This document shows positions 12,734 to 23,615 of a stretch of 64,000 nucleotides of DNA, in pieces. Every line of letters begins with the position of its first letter. The first letter of the stretch is position 1. This stretch comes from Pecten maximus (taxonomy: Eukaryota): NCBI RefSeq assembly GCF_902652985.1, contig NC_047017.1:5828001-5892000 (forward strand). Direction: 5' to 3'. The translations under genes were made by a program, and so were the position numbers. The notes beneath the pieces are model-generated. The model saw only the letters and a program-made list of their open reading frames with translations, had not been told where the DNA came from and did no database searches.

Positions 12734-15700
12734 TAATAGCATTGTGTCTTGACTACATTTTCCTTGTTTACGTCCAGTACGTAGCTGTAACTTTTGATAG
12801 TTCATATCGATTGTTATTTCATTGATGATCTGATGAAATGTTGTTAGCATCCCACCGGAAGAAGGAGGTGTTTAATTCCGGAAACATGCCAAGAAGCACG
12901 TGCTTATTTATTGTCAGGATACTGTCCAGCAGTAAACAAGTCATCCGCATTGGAAATGAATTTCTGGACACTATACCAAAACACGTGACAGGTTAATCAA
13001 TTCATCAATCGAATGGCATTTATATCGTGGTTCACTGGAGTGGAGGCGGTTAGTAAAGTCAGGTCATTCAAACGTGCATCATACAATATTGATAAGAATA
13101 GAAGTTCCAGAGCGCATGTTATTATAGTATTCTGTGTGTGTTGTCCCGCGGTGATGTTTACAAACAACCGTGTTTGTTAAGGTAGCATTTTTTCAGTACT
13201 GACAAATACCTCTACAGTGCCCCCTATCGGTTATACTAAACAAATCAATATCTGGTGACAAGTTAACTGTAGGGAAACCCTGCCAGCTCATATCTGTATT
13301 CAAATGTCTTGGAATGCAACCCCATAACCACAACATTTTGAATGTAATAATTATAAATTGAGGAAAACTATTGGTTTCCTGCATTTGAGGTTCGTCAAAT
13401 AGTACAGCTTATTCTTAGCAAGATAAATTAACCAACAAACCTAACAACTACAGCGCACTGGTTGTCAGTCACTAAACAACATATAAAAATATGAATTAAT
13501 TAGCACTTTGACAAATACGGCGAACAGGTTGCGAGTCACTACACGAAGAACTTACAAAGGCGCATATGGGTACAAAGGCGCACCATACAAGTTGCTAAAC
13601 GCGCGTGCGCATTGCGCATCTACATGTACCTCTACACAATCAATAAGTCTGTTCGAATACCGCATTTATAATATATCTAAATACATTATTTATCAGTGGA
13701 AAGCCTTATTATGACTCAAATCTTTATGCAGGATCAGATCAGACTTTGATATTACCCTGGGTGTCGATATATGACTGATGTAATCATTTTATACTGAACC
13801 TCCAAACAGCAATTGTCTAATGTCTGACTGTTCAACCTTGGACGGATTATTTATACGAGTTTCGTTACAGACATTATCCGCCCTCGAGTGGTAAAATTTC
13901 CCATCGGTGGTCACATCGCATACATATTGATGATATTCACAGAACGACAATGTCCGTTGGCTTCCTCTTTAGTGCGGATGATTTCAAAACATGGCTGTTT
14001 TTTTTCTATCAAAGTAAACCTTTGTTATGATCAATTATCAAAGTATGTGTCGAAGACAACGACCATTTTTCTGTGACAAGAACCGGTATAATCTGTCCTA
14101 TGTTACCCTGGTAGTAGCAGACTTCTGAGGCCACTGTCCACTGGTAATAGTAAGGAGGACATTATTTCAGAAATTGATTCTGACATTGAACAATTCACAT
14201 TGCATTTATACCTATAGTCAATCAGCTTCATAGTAAATGCCTAGTGTATACCCTGAAGTCAAGCCACATGGTTCTCAGTGTAATGGATGTTCAGGAATAT
14301 ACGAGTATGACGGGCGTCAATTTCAGGGACACATGATATCAAATGGTAAATTTATAGGACAATCAAACGAATTGGAAGCTGAGAGAATCCAGTTTCCTCA
14401 TCGACGGAATCGCATGGACTGTTACTTTTCAATCGTTTTACAATATCTACATTTTGCAAGTTTCTTTTTTTGCTACAGATTTATTTGCAGTTGATCTTGT
14501 TAAGAACATCAAATATTCAATATGCATGTATTGATATCTCCTCTTCATCTTTCTACTCATTACGATTTCTGAACATCAATCCGTTGCAAATCTGTTTTGA
14601 TCTTTCTTCGAAGTCAACGAACGCTAGGTTAAATTGTAAAAGAGCAGATCTCTATACATATCGAGTTTAGACAAAATTGTTTATAGCTCTATTTATAAGA
14701 CGGGTCTTAACGGTGATACCAACGAAATAAGCAAGCGCATATATAGAGTAGAAAGAAAAGAAACGCAAACGTAAAATTCAAAGTGTTGAAATGAAAATAT
14801 CAGATTAAAGATTGTATCTCGCTGTCCCTTACGCAAACGACACAGAAGAAAAAAATATTTTGCGGCAGTCATAATTTGAAGTGTCTTAAAACGATTGCAA
14901 GCAGAGAGACAAATGTCCCATCCTTGGATCATTTTGTATCCCCTATTCAGGGTTTGGGGATCGCGTCATACAGTGAGAAATGACGTTGAAGAACATTGAT
15001 AAATATGTCGTTAATTTGTCGTCACGAAGATGCTGTCATCCATCCCGAACGTATTTGAGATATTATGATACCTTGATTTAATGATGATTTACACCTGAGG
15101 TGACAAAACAAAGCAAAATACGTTTTACCGCTTGAGGCGCCTGGCATTGTTACTCGCTCTTTTTTGTCTCCACTCTTTCTTCATCTTACTGATTTTGATT
15201 TGCAAACTACACTGACAGCGGTTTAAACAATATATTTGAGGGTGGTTAACAAAACAGCTCCAACGTGCAGAGCTTTTTTTTAAATTAACTGTATTACATT
15301 ATATTGTTCCTTAAAATACTTCATTCTTACGTCCTCAAACGCATTTAATTAAGTTAGCCGATAAATAATGAAGACAGCGCTGTGCAAAAGAAAACGTTGA
15401 CAACCCCTTTAGCCGGATATTTACCAAACATCAGTGTTTTTATTACCATGCCTTTTTTGGCGAATAGTAAACGTCTTAAGTGAAGACAGCGATTCTTTCT
15501 TCTTTGACAAGGACCGATATATCTGTCGCATGATAGTAACCCTATTAGAAGGACACGTCTGAAGACACTGTAATTGGCGACAATAAGAAGAAAATCCTTT
15601 CCGAAATTCACATTGACATTTGACATTTGCCAATTCACAGGACATCTATTTATACTAATATTCAATCAGCTTCACAGATAATGTCTTCAATGTAGCCTCA

Positions 15701-16281
15701 TTTCTATCCAAGGCCAGTGTCAACGAGTCCATGATCCCAACTTTTTAAATGTTAAGGATGTGTGCCACACGTGAACTTCACAGACATATTAAACAAATGA
15801 GAATTCGGCCGTAAAAATATTCCTGGACTAGAACAATGAAAGGTTGTGGTTGCTTAAAACCGAGAGCTGGATTGATGGTTTTGTCACTGCATTGCATTTA
15901 ATGTGAGATATTCCTTTCAAGGATGTCTGTACAAAGCTATATTTTCATTTATATCATGTTCTTTTTTTCATCGATTTCCAGTAGAAATTACTATATCATA
16001 TTGATTTTCTCTGTTGATTTTAACTATCATTTTACTGAATTTTGTTGGGGTGTTTGGTTACGGATTGAATGGCAATCTTCTCCTGTCTCGAGCAGCAAAC
16101 CTCTTAGGTGAATGTCTCACTATCCTTTCTTCATCTTTTTACTCGTTAAATTTCTGAACAACATTAATCTGTATCCATTACACTTTCCTCAGGAGTCAAC
16201 GGACGCTAGGTTAATTTATGAAAGGGAGTATCTACTGCATTGCGGATGAACAAATCTAAGACGAATTGATACATATATTGC

Positions 16282-16516
16282 TTTTTATATCCCCCGTCCA
16301 ACGAAGAAATGATCGGATTTTGATGAAACTCGCTTGGTAGGCTTGTTACTAATTATGTTGATTACTTTCACAGGAACTTGATGACTGAACACAAATACAT
16401 GTAATGATTCTAAATGCTATGTCATACGTTTCATGTTTTTATGCATGTTGCCCATTTTAATTTCATGTAATACAATATTTGCATGTGCGGGAGATCTTGA
16501 CGACTATGTCCTTGTT
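16282..16516 (-). mobile_element. Helentron-associated non-autonomous element (HINE-like)
   Basis: The - strand begins AACAAG and ends CGGGGGATATAAAAA. Asymmetric subterminal inverted repeat ATCCCCCG (16289) / CGGGAGAT (16488), T-rich flanks, and core motif GATTTTGATGAAACT. Confidence 0.5.
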
Positions 16517-16803
16517 TTTATTGGTTTAACATTTGCACCAAGCTCATATGAGACAGGTCAGCGACATAGAAATTTCAAATCTGCATCAGTCTTCTAATGA
16601 AAAGACTTCGTACAATTCTCGCTATCTTCGAATTCTGAATAAAATCGCGATAATAAATTACAAGAAAGAAAAACATAAGCAAACATGCTCGTTAAACAAT
16701 TAGTTTGATGAAAAACTTCCTCTTCATCTGTAGCGTTTGGGAAAAATCATGGGGATTTGAACCATCACAAAGACAACAATATCTGTCAATGGCGTTCCAC
16801 ATA

Positions 16804-16987
16804 CTGTAAACCAAGCTATTTTCGTGGAGACATAATTTCCGGTTTTGATGCCTAACGATTTTTTAGCGGCGATATACTTTATCGATTTACAGTCATAAAA
16901 GGTCTACTGTTCCTTTGATTGAAACTGTTTCGTGGAGATTATTTTTTTGCGAATTTTAATCTCGCCCAGAAATAAGATGGTTTGCAG
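16804..16987. mobile_element. Degenerate CTGTAAA-type MITE
   Basis: TA|CTGTAAACCA...TGGTTTGCAG|TA (one mismatch), with TTTCGTGG/TTTTGCG internal motifs. Confidence 0.6.
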
Positions 16988-18170
16988 TACTTAATTCATT
17001 TAAAATGCAGTTTCAACTGTTTAAATATGAGCATTCCAATATGTATTTCCATTTTGAATAAGCATTGTTTATTTGTATTCGAAAGCATGCCATTTTAAAC
17101 TATTTCTCCAACAATTGCGAGCTGAGCGGTAAGAAGGTCTTGTTACCGGGTCCTAAATAGATGTTTGAGGAACTATCCTGCATTGGTCAGTGGGAAACAC
17201 GTTGGTCTCTAATACCTTGCAGTGGGAAATGTTAACTTGAAAAAATATGTCGTTTCATTATCGATCTTGTTAAGAAATATTCGATTCCATTGTAAGATAT
17301 TAAGTTCAAAGTTGCTACTGATCGCAAGTTAACCTTGGGTATTCGCTGTCATCGCTCCAGCTCATTTTTGAGTTATGGTATAACCGTGATTTGAGACAGA
17401 TTTACGTAAGACGTGATAATGTAGAATACGCTTCATTGCCCGGAACGCCTGGTCTTATTCTCAGATTTCCTTTCCTTTGTTCCTCTTTTACTCATTTCTT
17501 TCACTTTAAGATACACATAGCAATGACACTAGACTGACACAGATTTGGTTGTAGGGCGATTTTACTTCAAGCTCTTTACGTCTGTCAAACATGTACAGCT
17601 TCTTCTTCAGGTTGATATATCATACTAGATTCTTTAACATATCCCATGATTATCATCATTTTACTTCGGACATATTTGATTGTTAATTAAATTTAGCTTA
17701 CTTTTACTCCACCTTAACTAAATACATTCAGAGTATTTTTTCTGACACTTTTGTGGTTTTACACTCATTTTCTCTTTCTTTTCCCTGGGATAAATAAACA
17801 GATACGTCAAAAGGGATACGTATGTATGAAACTCAGATAAATATTAGCGACAACACAATTCAAAATGTCCTCAAAACTGAATTACGATCGTTGCTGAACA
17901 AAACAGTGGAATCTCGTCATAACTATTTCGATTATTTACATGCCAATATCGACTTACCTTTCTAACATTTACCAGTTTTAATGCTTCTCTTCAAAAAGTA
18001 CGACGATAGTGAAAATAACACCTTCAGGTACCAGGTCTTTTGTTACAGCGGATGTTTATCTTTATATATATCCCGACGTATGAAATCTGATCATCTGTTT
18101 TTACATTAAAGCGGGTTTCTTTTCCCACACGTCACGCGAAAAGTATCAGATTTCGTTTGCAAGTTGCCCA

Positions 18171-19548
18171 TTTATTAGGATTTATTAGGAAACATTATGG
18201 ACGCAGGCTGAAAGCCTCTATATCCATATCCAGTAAATTACAAAGAAATAATAATTAAATAATATCAGTCCGGTGCAATGTACATGTAGCATTTGGAGAT
18301 TATTGTTCTTTATATATAAACCGGTTATTTTTCCAATAATTGTCCAACAGGATTTCAAACTGATAAACAGTTTCTGCATTTATGACATGTTGGGGAAGAC
18401 TGTTCCAGAGATCAACAATTCGATAGCTAAAGAAGTGTTTCCTTGCATCCCGTCGACATCGTTTTTTGAAAATTTTCTGGGAGTGACCTCTAGTTCTGTT
18501 GTTATTGTCCATTTGGAAAAAGTTTTTCGTTACTCGACTATCATATATATTGTTCATTATTTTAAAAACATTGATGACATCTCCTCCAGTTCTCCGATGT
18601 GAAAGTGTTGGAAGATTTAATCTTTCCAAACGTTCCGAATACGATAGCGTTTTAAGTCCTGGGATGAGTTTAGTTGCCCTCCTCTGCACATTTTCAATCA
18701 GATCAATATCGTTAATTCTGAAAGGGTTCCAGACGCTCGCAGCATATTCAAGATGGGGCCTTACTAGTGCTTTAAATAGTGATGTAAACATTGATTCATC
18801 TAAATACACAAATGATCTCCGTATCAATCCAACTATGCTATTTGCTTTGTTGACACTTAATTGTATGTGTTTTTTTAAAGTTCAGATCTTCGTCGATCAT
18901 GACACCAATATCCTTCTCACACGTAATATTTTCTAGTTGAAATTTTTCTTCACCCGGTCCTGACATGTAGTATTTTCTTTTCTCAGAAGATTTAATGGAG
19001 AGAACTTTACACTTCTTTGGGTGAAATTTCAGTAGCCATGTATTTGACCAAATTTGAAGTTTGTCCAGATCATTTTGAAGTATTTGAACATCATCATTGC
19101 TGTTTATCTGCCTGTATAGTTTAGTGTCATCTGCAAATAATGGCGACTGGGAAGCTGTTATTTCAGGAAGATCATTTATATATATTACAAACAGTATTGG
19201 ACCTAGTACACTTCCTTGGGGAATACCGCTGATTACTGGGTAAGTTTTCGATGATTTGCCTTTGACAATTACACGTTGGCAACGATTACTAAGGAAGTCC
19301 TCAATCCATTTAACAATCTTTTGACTAATTCCGTATCCTGTTAATTTCTTTAATAAACGTTGATGTGGTACTTTGTCAAAGGCCTTCATGAAATCCATAT
19401 ATATAACATCGAGTTGACCGCCTTTGTCTATTATATCTGTCCATTCCTCGAGTACTGTAAGTAGCTGGAGTTGGGTTGATCTGCCTGATATAAAGCCGAA
19501 CTGTTTAGAGCTTAATAAATCATTTTTGTCCATATGTTTAACAATGGC
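18171..19548 (-). mobile_element. 5'-truncated CR1-clade LINE (RT domain to 3' tail)
   Basis: RT motifs KQFGF, YMDFMKAFDKVPH, SGIPQGSVLGPILF and FADDTKLY. CR1-type C-terminus LVRPHLEYA, IENVQRRATKLIPGL, TRGH and FFSYRIVDLWNSLP. The 3' UTR has hairpin AGGCT-GAA-AGCCT (18205-18217) and a terminal (TCCTAATAAA)2 tail at 18171-18190. Confidence 0.93.
18300..19548 (-). pseudogene. CR1 ORF2 reverse transcriptase fragment with a single +1 frameshift
   Basis: ORFs 18838-19533 and 18300-18827 join as DLNFKK-HIQLSVNKANSIVGLIRRSF if one base is removed from the 7-T run at 18870-18876. Confidence 0.88.
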
Positions 19549-20701
19549 GATATGTCACGCGGTACTTTCGGCAGGCGCAATTAATTTCGTATGTTTTTTC
19601 CTGATTATTTGACACATTTGTAAAAGATGATTTTTCACGGGTTTTAGTTGTAGTTATGAACAAGTCTTGCTTCTTTTGACATAAATACTAACGATTTGTT
19701 TTGAGAATAAAACATGTGGTAATGAAAATATATTACAATTATACATTTTTTGGCTTAGAGTGACGGAATATGGCATCAGAAAAAAGGATTAAATAATTAA
19801 TCAAACAGCATAATTAATGTGTTTTTTTTTCTGAAAAATAATGAAGGATTGAATTAAAAAGAAAGGAAAAAAATGCTGCATCAGTCAAGGATGGTTTCTT
19901 TCTTGAGGCAAATTTAACACCGGGTATCTTATTGCCGTCATTATCAAAATTAATTAGTTTGCTACTTCGAACTAACGTAATCTCGATTCAAAGAAAATCT
20001 CTTAAATACCCCTCTCATATTATCTTTGATCATATTATGGTACTTAAAAACATGATTGAATAACAACAGGAGATGCCCTGTCAAAGTCTCATTTCAAACT
20101 AATAATTTTGTTCAGGTTTTTATCATGCCCATACGGATTATGCAAAAGACTCAGAAGTGAGGAGTTATGACTATTATATTACTGTTTGTAACGTCACATG
20201 ATTGGTAAAAACACATAATAAAGCTGTTTAGTCAGTCAGTGCCTGCAGTAATAATACTAAATTTGAAGTGTAGAAATCCAGAAGAGTATTTGGGAAAAAT
20301 CAAAATAGATCTAAGATAATACTAAAAAACAGGAAACGATGTGCATTACCCTATAACTTTCATGTAAAAGGATATATTTTACCCTACAATGTCCATTTAA
20401 CTTCTTTTTTCATGCAATGCATTGCCGCTTGTTACTTTGCAAATAAGAATTCTCTGAATTAGTTCTCATCTTGATGATCCACAACACATTATGTAATTGA
20501 TCGTTCCTGACTTTCAGAGATGAAGCAAAAGTGGTTGTGTTCAAATCACCTTGATTCACCTTGAAGTAAGTGTGGTTTATTCTCACTAAACATTTACTTT
20601 CTTTGAAAGAACACAAAAGGAATTGGAGACAATACATTTTAAATTATTACATAATGCGTTGGATTTTCCCTAGCTTTACATATAAGCTATATTTTGAACT
20701 A

Positions 20702-20928
20702 CTGTAAAAGTGGATATTTTCGCGTGTGGAAATTTTCGCCTAGCCAGCTTCCAAAGTGTTCGCGGTGTGGATATTTTCGCGCCGTCAAGATATTTTTGCG
20801 CTAACTTGTATCTTTTATATTTAGTATTTATATGTATCAATATATTCGCGTGTGGAAATTTTCGCGGAGATTTACTGATAGCGAAATAAGCGAAAATTTC
20901 CACACCGCGAATATTTCTACTTTTACAG
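20702..20928. mobile_element. Tc1/mariner-type MITE (TA TSD, CTGTAAA termini)
   Basis: TA|CTGTAAAAGTGGATATTTTCGCG...CGCGAATATTTCTACTTTTACAG|TA, with internal TTTTCGCG repeats. Confidence 0.85.
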
Positions 20929-21308
20929 TACTGCACGGCTAAAATGACTTACACGGTCACGCACGAACTATTGAACACCGCGTGACGTTTCCGAATTTAG
21001 TCCTACCCTTTCAAGCGTCTAAGTCACGCAAATGTCAACACTACCAGACGACAGTCATGGCGACCTCTAGTCCCAAAGGAAAGTCGAGATTTCAGTGATT
21101 CTAAGTGTGTTTTAGTCCTCATGTGATAATACAGGTATATCATGAGTGTCGGTACTGTTAATCGACCGATGTTTTATTGCACCCGGCCTTCGTACAGACA
21201 CTCATGATATATGTGTATAAAATTTCATCTTGCGTGTTTCTGGAAAACCAATTTCATTATGGATACCATATATATCATGATGTCATTAGATGAATAAGAT
21301 TTCCCTGT

Positions 21309-21623
21309 GCAGAAATAACAAAAATAAAGAAAGCTATACCTAAACAATATATTGAGATTATGCAAGGACAAGAACCTGACAGAACAGCTGGTGCTAAAAA
21401 ACAAAAAATATATGTTAACAATAAGTTAGAGATATGTGTCTTGAAAATAAATCATTTTAAAATTTTAAAACCACATGAACTAAAATTTTCAATTCTCCAC
21501 AATATTTCAGATCCAATTGTAAGACCTAAATCAGAAATGAAATGGAATACTCATTTTCATAAGGAAATACCATGGGAGAAAGTATGGGAAAACTTCAAAA
21601 ATACTGACATTGCAATAACTAGC
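21309..21623 (+). pseudogene. L1/Tx1 ORF2 fragment upstream of the nested insertion
   Basis: Open frame AEITKIKKAIPKQYIEIM...KSEMKWNTHFHKEIPWEKVWENFKNTDIAITS that stops at the TIR junction. Confidence 0.8.
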
Positions 21624-23120
21624 TAGATGCACACTGGGGTATTATCGACCACTGGGTATTATCGACCATTTGTCTTATTAAAGCTTGATATAAGTCGTAA
21701 GAAGCTTTGTCTTGTCATTCAATCGCTTCTATCACTTAGAATACTCCCTTCGGAATAACTTGAGGTTTTCCTTAGATTTCTGAGAGACTTTAAATTCCTA
21801 ATGGATAACATTGTTGAAACTGGCAAGCGCGGGTCTTTCAAAACAACGTAACGTTACGGGATAATTTAACTGGAAAGGGAAAATGAAAGTGTTTTTTTTA
21901 ACATGCACACGCAGACAGTCTGCCAGTTTTTATTGTTTGAACTGTATATGAATGAGTATTTTTAATGTTTTTATGAAAAATGGGATAGTCATGTCAGCTA
22001 CAAGAAAAATGGGATGGTCGATAATACCCTGATGAAATTAAAATCGCAGGGTATTATCGACCGTTGACTAAATAAAAAAATAAATGGGAGTTCCGCACGT
22101 ATGATTTGACATTATACAGGCTATATAAATATTTGACTCATTAGTAAACTATTTGTTCGATAGTGTAATGGTTAAAAAAGAGAAAATAAAGTGATAGTTC
22201 CACGAATTTGTTCTGAAATTGAATACGAGTTCGAATACACTCACCAGCACGTATTTCATTTTTTTCTGTTGTAATTGATCAATTAGAATTAAGATATGCA
22301 GCGCATTGTAACCAAAATAACCCGTATATTCAAAATCAAATTGGTAATTTGATGGATTTAAACTTACAATAAAAGGATTTATTTATTAGATTATATCTTT
22401 TTTATATACACTTGTGTTTATATTTATTTACCAGAACAGTCCCTAATGAATCAGATACAAGCTTTAATCCCACTGTAACATATTAACATATCAACAAAAC
22501 AGTTGAAAATAATTAGCACCTGGTTACGTATCAGATTGATGATAAATATCAGTTCTGTAGTTTATGGTAGTAGATTCTAAGATTCTGTGCAGCAACGATG
22601 CAACTCTCATAAACCTGAATCGGGATGCTGATATTCAGGCATACTGCAGGTCCTGGTGCAACTTCTGTCTGTAAGGCCTATATACATGTATACGTAGCTT
22701 GAAACAACTTACATTTTGTATTTGTTTCCATAGTTTGTTTTCGACACCCTATACCTTATACATTTCTGTAGTTACAACTATGATTTTAAAAGAAGATTCG
22801 TATATGACCGAAGAGTGTGTTATAGCAAGTTTGGGTGAAAATATTGTCGATAAAAAAAAAATATATACTATCAATTCTTTAAAAAGTTTTCTTACGGTCG
22901 ATAATACCCGGAAGTGGTCGATAATACCCTGCGTATATTATTGAATAACACCGAAGGTTATCTCAAGGTCATAACACGTCTGTGCATCCAGTTGGTCAAT
23001 TAATATGGCTCGTCAATGAGGCTATCGAATCATCGATGTTTGAGCAGTATGTGACAGTGCAACTCTCGGATGCAGTGAATTTACCCTTAAACGGTCGATA
23101 ATACCCCAGTGTGCATCTAG
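21623..23120. mobile_element. Non-autonomous TIR DNA transposon (~1.5 kb) nested in the LINE
   Basis: Perfect 28-bp inverted ends CTAGATGCACACTGGGGTATTATCGACC (21623-21650 and 23093-23120), with the outer TA or CTAG probably the TSD. Seven copies of GGGTATTATCGACC. No transposase ORF seen. Confidence 0.9.
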
Positions 23121-23615
23121 ATAGAAGAACTTCATTGGAAAAGTATTCATAAAATTATATACACTGAAAGCAAATTAAATTTAATGAACAGATCTAATGG
23201 CTTATGTCACATGTGTAACACTGAAACTGAAACTCTAACTCACTTGTTTTTTCACTGTAGTTCTACATTTTCAAATCAGCTATTAGATATAATTCATGTT
23301 AACTTGTACAATAACCCTGTTTTTGTCACAGCTAATCAAATATGGAATATTGGCGAAGAGAAGATGATACTAGGAGATACAACTGATAACATCACAGCCA
23401 CCATAGCTAACACAATTATCTTGACAACTAAATGGGTCATATGGAAGGCTAGAAACATTAAAAAATTTCAAAACAAAATAACGTCTCCACAATCGGCTTA
23501 TATAATTCTGAAGAAATTATTGAAAGAAAACATATCACTTTACATTAAAATTACACCCGACGCTAAAAAGAGATGTTTGATATCAAAATATCGAACACTA
23601 TTACAGGAAATTTGA
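23121..23615 (+). pseudogene. L1/Tx1 ORF2 C-terminus (zf-RVT-like) downstream of the nested insertion
   Basis: IEELHWKSIHKIIYTESKLNLMNRSNGLCHMC...HLFFHC...KWVIWKARN, continuing the upstream fragment in frame once the insertion is removed. Confidence 0.85.

Noticed and set aside
213-13714. Numerous 60-136 aa ORFs here and across the window
   Set aside because: No recognisable domains, many non-ATG starts, and composition expected from AT-rich non-coding DNA.
15354-15735. Possible antisense GPCR pseudogene (LAL...KLIEY, PVNWQ, LLSCDRY)
   Set aside because: Needs several frameshifts, the would-be TM2 is hydrophilic, no TM1 is seen, and the sister copy near 14100 does not keep DRY in frame. A frameshift-aware 7tm_1 search would settle it.
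18273-18936. + strand ORFs of 109 and 145 aa
   Set aside because: Antisense shadows of the CR1 ORF2.
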